DNA from: Acidimicrobiaceae bacterium | GTDB lineage: Bacteria > Actinomycetota > Acidimicrobiia > Acidimicrobiales > RAAP-2 | Assembly: GCA_003138855.1 (NCBI GenBank) | Contig: PLHF01000045.1 | Span: 17,054 to 81,053 of the forward strand | DNA length: 64,000 nucleotides | Direction of reading: 5' to 3' | In this document: positions 22,324-29,898 of the stretch, one piece after another | Layout: each line of letters begins with the position of its first letter | Position numbering within the stretch: position 1 is the first letter of the stretch | Position numbers and translations under genes: made by a program | Notes under the pieces: model-generated | What the model was told of the DNA's origin: nothing | The model's database searches: none | Seen by the model: only the letters and a program-made list of their open reading frames with translations

Positions 22324-24000
22324 ATGAGCCGACGGACCTTCCTGTCCCGTGGCGCCGCCACCGGCGGAGCTGTGATGCTGGGCGCCGCCGCATCCACCGC
22401 GCTGACCGGTTGTTCGTCGAGCAACTCCGGGTCGTCGAGCTCCACCGCCGCACCTGGTTCCAAGCCCGGTGTGGCGACCGGCTCACCCGTCCGCGGAGGG
22501 ACCCTGACGGTCGGGACCATCGCCGAGATCGACGGGTTCTACCCCCCGTCCAACCACTGGGACACCAACGGGTTCATCTATGCCAATGCCATCTACGACC
22601 CGTTGATGGCCGTGGCGGCCGACGGGACCGTCAAGCCCTATCTGGCCAAGTCGATGACCAGCAACTCCACCTACGACACCTGGACCCTGACGCTGCGCCC
22701 CGGCGTCAAATTCAACGACGGCTCCGCACTGACCTCGGCGGTGGTCATGGCCAACTACAGCGCTCTGAAGGCATCCCCCCTGACCGGCGTGGCGCTCAAC
22801 CAGGTGGCGTCGGTCACCACTCCCGACGACATGACGGTCGTCTACACCCTGACCGGGCCAAATCCCACGTTTCCGGCCGGGCTCACCACCCAGGTCGGCT
22901 ACATCGTCGGCGAGGCCATGATCCAGCAGGCCACGTCCAACCCGTCGGCCCCGCTGACCCCCATTGGCACCGGGCCGTTCATCTACGCGCAGTGGCAGCC
23001 CAACGACCACTTCACCGCCACCCGCAACCCGAACTACTGGCGCAGCGGGCTGCCCTACCTCGATTCGATCACGTTCCGGCCCATCCCCGACACCACGCAG
23101 CGTGAATCCACGCTCCGCACGGGCGGGGTCGACATGATCGAGTCCGTCGACCCCACGACAATCACCAACTTCTCGGGCTCGGGCGGTACAGGTTTTCAGT
23201 TGGTCGACACCAGCACCGGGGTCATCGGCCAGCCGTCCTTCGCCTTCATCATGCTGAACACGGCGGTACCTCCCACCAACGACCTCAGCATCCGCCAGGC
23301 GCTGGCCAAGGGCCTGGATCAGGCTGCGGTCCAGAAGGTCATCGGGGGGCCGCCCGCCAAGCCGGCCACCGGGATGTTCCTCCCGGGCTCGCCGTACTAC
23401 AGCGAGACCGACTACCCCACCTACGATCCGGCGGGAGCCAAGGCCCTGGTCGGCGCGTACAAGGCCCGGCACGGGACCCCGACGGTGAATCTGCTGACCA
23501 TCCCCGACCCACTGGAGATCAAGGTGGTGCAGGCCGTCCAGCAGATGTGGGACCAGGTGGGATTCGATGTGACCGTCTCCGAGGTTGAGCAGGCCACCAT
23601 CATCGACGACTTCGTCTTCGGGAAGTTCCAGGCAGCGACGTCCTACCAGTTCGGCGCGGTCAATCCCGACCTGAACTACGTCTGGTGGAGCACCACCACC
23701 ATCTCACCGATCGGCCAGATCGGCCTCAACTTCACACGCGTCAACGACCCGACGATCGAGTCGGCCCTGCTGACCGGCCGCCATACCACCGACCAGGCCA
23801 CACGGGTGACCGCCTACCAGACCGTCAACGAGCAACTGGCCAAGCAGCTGCCCTACCTGTGGGTGGAGCAGTACGTGTTCTCCGAGGTCGGCGCCGGCCG
23901 GGTCCAGAACTTCAACAACCCCACCCTCCCGGACGGAACGCCCCAGTACGCCTTCGACGAGGGGATCTTTGTCCCGACACAGATCTGGCTGGCCGGATAG
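22324..24000 (+). CDS. ABC transporter substrate-binding lipoprotein, family 5 (peptide/nickel type)
   Basis: Tat-like signal plus lipobox (MSRRTFLSRGAATGGAVMLGAAASTALTGCSSS), followed by DppA/OppA-like SBP_bac_5 blocks. Confidence 0.9.
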   Translation: MSRRTFLSRGAATGGAVMLGAAASTALTGCSSSNSGSSSSTAAPGSKPGVATGSPVRGGTLTVGTIAEIDGFYPPSNHWDTNGFIYANAIYDPLMAVAADGTVKPYLAKSMTSNSTYDTWTLTLRPGVKFNDGSALTSAVVMANYSALKASPLTGVALNQVASVTTPDDMTVVYTLTGPNPTFPAGLTTQVGYIVGEAMIQQATSNPSAPLTPIGTGPFIYAQWQPNDHFTATRNPNYWRSGLPYLDSITFRPIPDTTQRESTLRTGGVDMIESVDPTTITNFSGSGGTGFQLVDTSTGVIGQPSFAFIMLNTAVPPTNDLSIRQALAKGLDQAAVQKVIGGPPAKPATGMFLPGSPYYSETDYPTYDPAGAKALVGAYKARHGTPTVNLLTIPDPLEIKVVQAVQQMWDQVGFDVTVSEVEQATIIDDFVFGKFQAATSYQFGAVNPDLNYVWWSTTTISPIGQIGLNFTRVNDPTIESALLTGRHTTDQATRVTAYQTVNEQLAKQLPYLWVEQYVFSEVGAGRVQNFNNPTLPDGTPQYAFDEGIFVPTQIWLAG

Positions 24001-24036
24001 CGGGTCGGGCAACCGGTTCGACGTCCCGACTGATCC

Positions 24037-24981
24037 ATGACCAAGTACTTCATCAAGCGATTCCTCCAGCTGGTCGTCGTTGCGTTCATCATCTCGGTGC
24101 TGGTGTTCCTGTTGGTCCACCTACTCCCCGGAGACCCGTCGGTCACCATCCTCGGTCCCAACGACACCGCGCACAACCGGGCCATCCTGTTCAAACAGCT
24201 CGGGCTCAACAAGCCCTTGTTGCAGCAGTACACGACCTGGTTGAACGCCGTGTTCCACGGGAACCTCGGTCAGTCCTACCTCAACCACGAATCGGTCACC
24301 CACATCGTGGCCACCGGAGCCCCCATCGACATCGAGCTGATCGTGATCTCCCAGGTCATCGCCTTCGCAGTGGCCATCCCGCTGGCCCTGATCACCTCGC
24401 GGCGACCGAACCGCGCGTTCGACAACGTGTCCACCACCACGACATTCGGGCTCCTGGCCCTTCCGCCCTTCGTCATCGCCCCGATCATGGTGGCCGTCTT
24501 CGCGGTGAGTCTCCACTGGTTTCCGGCCACCGGCTACGTGCCCCTCACCCAGGACCCGGCGACCAACCTCCATGACATGATCCTGCCTTCGCTCGCCATC
24601 ACCGCCGGGTCGATCGCCGTCTACTACCGTCTTCTCCGATCGGACCTGATCAGCACCCTCCAGGAGGACTTCATCACCATGGCCCGTTCCAAGGGCCTCT
24701 CCAATCGGCGGATCATGTTGCGCCACGCCTTCAGACCCTCGACGTTCTCTCTTCTGGCCGCGGCAGGAGTCAACATCGGTGCCCTGCTGGCCGGCACCTT
24801 CATCGTGGAGTACCTGTTCGCCCTCAGCGGCCTCGGCTACTCCCTGGTGCAGGCGGTCCAGCAGCGGGACTACCTGGTCGTCCAGGGCATCTCCCTGGTG
24901 GTGGCGATCGCCTATGTGGTGCTGCAGTTCATCATCGACTTCTTGTTCACCGTTGTCGATCCGAGGGTAGTCCGGGAGTGA
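24037..24981 (+). CDS. ABC transporter permease (DppB/OppB-like)
   Basis: N-terminal MTKYFIKRFLQLVVV..., six TM segments, and the EAA-type loop of BPD_transp_1 (FITMARSKGLS). Confidence 0.9.
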   Translation: MTKYFIKRFLQLVVVAFIISVLVFLLVHLLPGDPSVTILGPNDTAHNRAILFKQLGLNKPLLQQYTTWLNAVFHGNLGQSYLNHESVTHIVATGAPIDIELIVISQVIAFAVAIPLALITSRRPNRAFDNVSTTTTFGLLALPPFVIAPIMVAVFAVSLHWFPATGYVPLTQDPATNLHDMILPSLAITAGSIAVYYRLLRSDLISTLQEDFITMARSKGLSNRRIMLRHAFRPSTFSLLAAAGVNIGALLAGTFIVEYLFALSGLGYSLVQAVQQRDYLVVQGISLVVAIAYVVLQFIIDFLFTVVDPRVVRE

Positions 24982-24984
24982 GCG

Positions 24985-25944
24985 ATGCCTGACGACCGCG
25001 AGCTCGGTGGCAGCGACGCCTCCGACCAGCTGCTCACCAACATGTTCCCGGGCCAGGCCGCCACCGACGAGATGGTGCTCTCCCGCGAAACCGAGGCGCT
25101 CGAGTCCGACGACATCCTGGTCACCAAGCCGCTCGGGTTCCTGTTCTGGATGGCCATCGGCTGGTTGGGCCTGGTCTTCCTCCTGGCGGTGTTCGCCAAT
25201 CTGCTGCCGCTTCCCAACCCCGACTTCCAGAACTACTCCGCCATCAATGCCACGCCGAACATCCACCACCTGCTCGGGACCGACGACCTCGGGCGGGACC
25301 TCTTGAGCCGACTGATCTTCGGCGCCCGTGTGTCCCTGATCGTCGGGTTCGCCTCAGTGGCCATCGGCACGATCGTGGGCGGCACGCTCGGGCTGATCTC
25401 GGGGTTCAAGGGCGGGTCACTCGACATCTCGCTGAACGCCGCCTCCTTCGTCCTCCTGGCCTTTCCGGCCATCGTGGCGGTCATCGCCATCGTCGCCTTC
25501 TGGGGGTCGTCGCTCCTCAAGATCACGATCATCATCGGCGTGGGCACTATTCCCTTGATGTTCCGCGTAGTCAGGGCGTCGAGCCTCTCGTTCGCCAACC
25601 GCGACTTCGTGATCGCCGCCCGGACCATGGGCGCCACCACGCCCCGGATCCTGTTCCGTGAGATCCTCCCCAACGTCGTGCCGGTGGCGGTGACCTTCGG
25701 GCTGATCACGGTGGCCGGGGTGATCGTCCTCGAGGGGTCGCTCGCCTTCCTCGGGCTGTCGGTACCGCCTCCCACCCCGTCGTGGGGGAACATGATCTCC
25801 GAGGGCACCGCCAACGGCAATCTGAGCATCAACCCCTACATCATGTTGTGGCCTGCTGCGGCCATGTTCCTCCTGCTCCTCTCCATCAACCTGATCGGCG
25901 ACCGGATGCGCCAGCGGTTCGACATCAGGGAAGGCCTCCTGTGA
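24985..25944 (+). CDS. ABC transporter permease (DppC/OppC-like)
   Basis: HLLGTDDLGRDLLSRLIFGARVSL block and BPD_transp_1 core (FVIAARTMGAT). Confidence 0.9.
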   Translation: MPDDRELGGSDASDQLLTNMFPGQAATDEMVLSRETEALESDDILVTKPLGFLFWMAIGWLGLVFLLAVFANLLPLPNPDFQNYSAINATPNIHHLLGTDDLGRDLLSRLIFGARVSLIVGFASVAIGTIVGGTLGLISGFKGGSLDISLNAASFVLLAFPAIVAVIAIVAFWGSSLLKITIIIGVGTIPLMFRVVRASSLSFANRDFVIAARTMGATTPRILFREILPNVVPVAVTFGLITVAGVIVLEGSLAFLGLSVPPPTPSWGNMISEGTANGNLSINPYIMLWPAAAMFLLLLSINLIGDRMRQRFDIREGLL

Positions 25945-27068
25945 TCGGCCGGAGAGGCCCACAGAACGGCAAGCGCGCCCTCGAGTTCCCGGACGTGGGA
26001 GAATCCGACGAGCCGTTGTTGGTCGTGGAGAACCTGCACACCTCGTTCCGCACCGGCCGGGGAACCGTGCACGCCGTCGATGGTGTCTCCCTGACCGTCG
26101 CGGCAGGGACGACCCTCGGGATCGTCGGGGAGTCCGGCTCGGGCAAGACCGTGCTGGCGAGGTCGATCATGGGCCTGCTCCCGGTGCGTGACGTGATCAA
26201 GAGCGGCACGGTGCACTTCGCCGGTCACGACCTGACCGCCATGGAACCGGACCAGCTCCGAGAGATCTGGGGTGCAGAGCTGAGCATGATCTTCCAAGAT
26301 CCGATGACCGCCCTCAACCCGGTCAAGCGGATCGGGATACAGATCACCGAATCCCTGCGGCTCCATCTGGACATGGACCGCAAGGAGGCCGACGCCACGG
26401 CCGTCGAACTCCTGCGATCTGTGGGCATCCCGTCGCCCGAGCAACGGGTGCGGTGGTATCCCTTCCAGCTCTCGGGGGGAATGCGGCAACGGGTGATGAT
26501 CGCCATCGCCCTCGCCTGCGCGCCACGTCTGATCATGGCTGACGAGCCGACGACCGGCCTGGACGTCACCGTCCAGGCCCAGATACTCGACCTGCTCGGC
26601 AAGCTCCAGCGAGAGCGCCACATGGCGGTCATCCTGGTCACCCACGACCTCGGGGTGGTGGCCGACCGGGCCGACGAGATCGTGGTCATGTACGCCGGGC
26701 GTGTCGTCGAGCGGGCGCCGACCCGCACGTTGTTCGCCGAAACCCACATGCCCTACACCCGGGCGCTCATGGAATCGATCCCCCGCCTCGCCGATCCGAG
26801 CGGCACCCGGCTGCAGGCCATCCCCGGACGGCCACCGGACCTCATCCATCCGCCGAAGGGCTGCCGGTTCGCCCCCCGCTGTGCCTTCGCCCAGGACAAG
26901 TGTCGGGAGTCGGATCCCCCACTCCGCACCGCCGGCTCGCCCGACCACCTGTTCGCCTGCTGGTTCCCGCTGGTCCACGGCACGTCCACGGCGCCATCGG
27001 CATCGGCATCGGCATCGGCAGCTGGCGATACCACCATCGACCCGGGGCCAGTGGTGCAGTCACCATGA
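25941..27068 (+). CDS. ABC transporter ATP-binding protein (DppD/OppD-like)
   Basis: Walker A GESGSGKT, signature LSGGMRQR, Walker B IMADEPTTGLD, and an oligopeptide C-terminal domain (PPKGCRFAPRC). GTG at 25941 overlaps the upstream stop (GTGA). Confidence 0.9.
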   Translation: MIGRRGPQNGKRALEFPDVGESDEPLLVVENLHTSFRTGRGTVHAVDGVSLTVAAGTTLGIVGESGSGKTVLARSIMGLLPVRDVIKSGTVHFAGHDLTAMEPDQLREIWGAELSMIFQDPMTALNPVKRIGIQITESLRLHLDMDRKEADATAVELLRSVGIPSPEQRVRWYPFQLSGGMRQRVMIAIALACAPRLIMADEPTTGLDVTVQAQILDLLGKLQRERHMAVILVTHDLGVVADRADEIVVMYAGRVVERAPTRTLFAETHMPYTRALMESIPRLADPSGTRLQAIPGRPPDLIHPPKGCRFAPRCAFAQDKCRESDPPLRTAGSPDHLFACWFPLVHGTSTAPSASASASAAGDTTIDPGPVVQSP

Positions 27069-28105
27069 GCACCGTCTCTGCCGCCACCGCTGGCGGGCCG
27101 CCGTCCGCCAGCGAGGACACCGTGCTGAGCGTCGACCATCTCGTGGTCGAGTTCAAGAGCGGCAGGCAGCGTGTCCATGCGGTCTCCGATGTGAGCTTCC
27201 AGGTGAGGAAGGGCGAGACACTGGGGCTCGTGGGCGAATCGGGCTGCGGAAAGTCGACCACTGGGCGGGCACTGGTGCAGGTGCAGCCACCGACCTCGGG
27301 CAGTGTCAACTACCTGGGTCAGGACCTCAGTGCGCTGTCCAACCGGCAGCTGCGGAAGGTCCGGACCAAGATCCAAATGATCTTCCAGGATCCGATCTCC
27401 TCACTCAACCCCCGGCGGCGGGTGAAGGACATCGTGGCCGAACCCCTGGTCATCTGGAAGAGGGGTACCAAGGACGAGAAGGCCGACAAGGTGCGTTCCA
27501 TGCTCGAGGCGGTCGGCATCGACCCCGACACGGCAGGCGACCGCCGGCCCCAGGAGTTCTCCGGCGGGCAGTGCCAGCGCATCAGCATCGCTCGGGCCCT
27601 GATGGCCGGCCCCGACCTGCTCATCTGCGACGAGCCGGTGTCGGCGCTCGACGTGTCCGTGCAGGCCCAGATCCTGAATTTGTTGGCTGACCTCAAGGCC
27701 CGATTCAGCCTGACCATGGTCTTCATCGCCCACGACCTCGCCGTCGTCAAGAACGTGAGCGATCGGGTGGCCGTGATGTACCTGGGGAAGCTGGTAGAGC
27801 TCGCTGGCTCCGACGACCTCTACCGTTCGGCCGCGCACCCCTACACCGAGGCGTTGATGGCGTCGATCCCCGAACCGGACCCCGAACAGAAGTCCGCCCA
27901 CAAGGCCCTGTCGGGAGAGCTCCCCTCACCGCTCAACCCACCGTCAGGGTGCCGGTTCCGCACCCGCTGCCCCTATGCTGCGCCGCTGTGTGCAGAACAG
28001 GAACCTTTGCTCCGGGAGGTTGCGCCGGGCCACCAGGTGGCATGCCACTTCCCCCTCGTCGGGGGGAAGGCGGACACCTCGGCGGCCCCGAATCCTGCGG
28101 ATTGA
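27065..28105 (+). CDS. ABC transporter ATP-binding protein (DppF/OppF-like)
   Basis: Walker A GESGCGKST, signature FSGGQCQR, Walker B LICDEPVSALD, PPSGCRFRTRCP. ATG at 27065 overlaps the upstream stop (ATGA). Confidence 0.9.
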   Translation: MSTVSAATAGGPPSASEDTVLSVDHLVVEFKSGRQRVHAVSDVSFQVRKGETLGLVGESGCGKSTTGRALVQVQPPTSGSVNYLGQDLSALSNRQLRKVRTKIQMIFQDPISSLNPRRRVKDIVAEPLVIWKRGTKDEKADKVRSMLEAVGIDPDTAGDRRPQEFSGGQCQRISIARALMAGPDLLICDEPVSALDVSVQAQILNLLADLKARFSLTMVFIAHDLAVVKNVSDRVAVMYLGKLVELAGSDDLYRSAAHPYTEALMASIPEPDPEQKSAHKALSGELPSPLNPPSGCRFRTRCPYAAPLCAEQEPLLREVAPGHQVACHFPLVGGKADTSAAPNPAD

Positions 28106-28230
28106 GCCTGCACGGCTGGCATGTGATCCGCTTCCGCCGGCGAAGTACTCGGGGGCGCCACACGGCGAGTCGGGGGCGTTGAGCAGTCTCCTGTGAAGCG
28201 TGGCCCGGTGGCCGGGTAGCGCGCCGGCTG

Positions 28231-29742
28231 TCAGCCGGCTTCGCTCACCGGTTCGGTGGCAACCGGCACCTCGGCGATCTCCGTCGACTCCGTCTGCTCG
28301 GCGGCAGCAGTCTCGACGGGGGCAGGCTCGGCGGCGGCTTCGACCGCAGCAGTCTCGACGGGGGCAGGCTCGGCGGCGGGGGCCGGCTCGGCGGCAGGGG
28401 CTTCGGCGGTGCCCTCACCCGGGCCGTGCTCGGCCACGTAGTCCACCCAGGCTGCCTGGGCCTCGGTCTCGGGCGTGAACTCGGTCTCGGCGAACTCGAA
28501 GGGGCCCACATAGTTGCCCTCGGCGTCATAGGCGTGCTCACCGAACGCTTCGCGGTACTCCTCGGAGACCTCGCCGCCCTCGGCCGCCTGCTTGATCGAG
28601 AGGCTGATCCGACGCCGCTGGAGATCGATGTCGATGATCTTCACCCACAGCTCTTCGCCCGGGGTGACGACCTGCTCAGGCAGGTCGACATGGTGACCGG
28701 CCATCTCCGAGATGTGGACGAGGCCCTCGATACCATCTCCGACCTGGACGAACGAGCCGAACGGCACCAGCTTGGTAATCCGTCCGTAGACAAGTTCCCC
28801 CACCTGGTGCGAGTTGGCGAACTCCTGCCATGGATCGGTCTGGGTGGCCTTGAGCGACAGGCTGATGCGCTCCTTGGACAGATCCACGTCGAGCACCTCG
28901 ACGTCGATCTCATCACCCACCGATACCACCGATGACGGATGATCGACGTGCTTCCACGACAGCTCGGACACGTGGACCAGTCCGTCCATTCCCCCGAGGT
29001 CGACGAACGCACCGAAGTTGACCACCGACGAGACAACACCCTTGCGGCGCTCGCCCGGCTTGAGGTTGACCAGGAACTCTCCCCGCTGCTCCTTCTGGGT
29101 CTCCTCGAGCCACGCTCGGCGAGACAGCACCACGTTGTTGCGGTTGCGGTCGAGCTCGATGATCTTCGCCTCGATGGTCCGACCGACATACGGCTGGAGC
29201 TCGCGCACCCGCCGCAGTTCCACCAGAGATGCCGGCAGGAAGCCCCGCAGGCCAATATCCACGATCAGGCCGCCCTTGACCACTTCGATCACCGGACCGG
29301 AGACCACTTCGTCGGCCTCCTTCAGCTTCTCGATGGTGCCCCATGCCCGCTCGTACTGAGCCCGCTTCTTCGAAAGGATCAGTCGGCCTTCCTTGTCCTC
29401 CTTCTGGAGCACAAGGGCCTCGATGGCCTCGCCCAGCGTCACGATCTCCGACGGATCCACATCGTTGCGGATCGACAGTTCGCGCACCGGGATGACACCT
29501 TCGGACTTGAATCCGATGTCGAGGAGTACCTCGTCGCGGTCGATCTTGACGACCGTGCCCTCAACCAGGTCGCCGTCCTCGAACTCGACGATGGTGCCGG
29601 CCATGGCGTCCTCGAGGGATGCACCGCCGAGATCGTCCTCGGTGACCGAGCGGGGGATGTAGACCCCGTTCTCGTCGAATGTGCCCATGGATTCGGGAGA
29701 CAGCAGGGCGGTGCCCTCGGGTACGACTTGGGTATCGGACAT
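28231..29742 (-). CDS. rpsA: 30S ribosomal protein S1 with repetitive acidic Ala/Pro/Glu C-terminal tail
   Basis: Four S1 (OB) repeats (GTVVKIDRDEVLLDIG..., GPVIEVVKGGLIVDIG..., GVVSSVVNFGAFVDLG..., GRITKLVPFGSFVQVG...). ATG at 29742 gives the usual MSDT... start. Confidence 0.95.
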   Translation of the reverse strand: MSDTQVVPEGTALLSPESMGTFDENGVYIPRSVTEDDLGGASLEDAMAGTIVEFEDGDLVEGTVVKIDRDEVLLDIGFKSEGVIPVRELSIRNDVDPSEIVTLGEAIEALVLQKEDKEGRLILSKKRAQYERAWGTIEKLKEADEVVSGPVIEVVKGGLIVDIGLRGFLPASLVELRRVRELQPYVGRTIEAKIIELDRNRNNVVLSRRAWLEETQKEQRGEFLVNLKPGERRKGVVSSVVNFGAFVDLGGMDGLVHVSELSWKHVDHPSSVVSVGDEIDVEVLDVDLSKERISLSLKATQTDPWQEFANSHQVGELVYGRITKLVPFGSFVQVGDGIEGLVHISEMAGHHVDLPEQVVTPGEELWVKIIDIDLQRRRISLSIKQAAEGGEVSEEYREAFGEHAYDAEGNYVGPFEFAETEFTPETEAQAAWVDYVAEHGPGEGTAEAPAAEPAPAAEPAPVETAAVEAAAEPAPVETAAAEQTESTEIAEVPVATEPVSEAG

Positions 29743-29898
29743 GAAGTAGGTAGCTCGCTTTCCGGACGGATCCGTCGGCACCCCTCGGGGTCACGACGGT
29801 GACGGTAAGGGCCACAGAGGCGTGGCCGGCTAGTCATCGTACTCCACCAGCCCGAACGCCATGACGGGCCGGCTCGTCGTGGGTTGGTCAGGGGCTGG

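Noticed and set aside
29765-29776. 12-bp perfect palindrome GACGGATCCGTC in the rpsA leader
   Set aside because: It is too short and loop-less to form a meaningful hairpin, and a single occurrence could be chance (it contains a BamHI site). Noted, but not convincing as a regulatory element.
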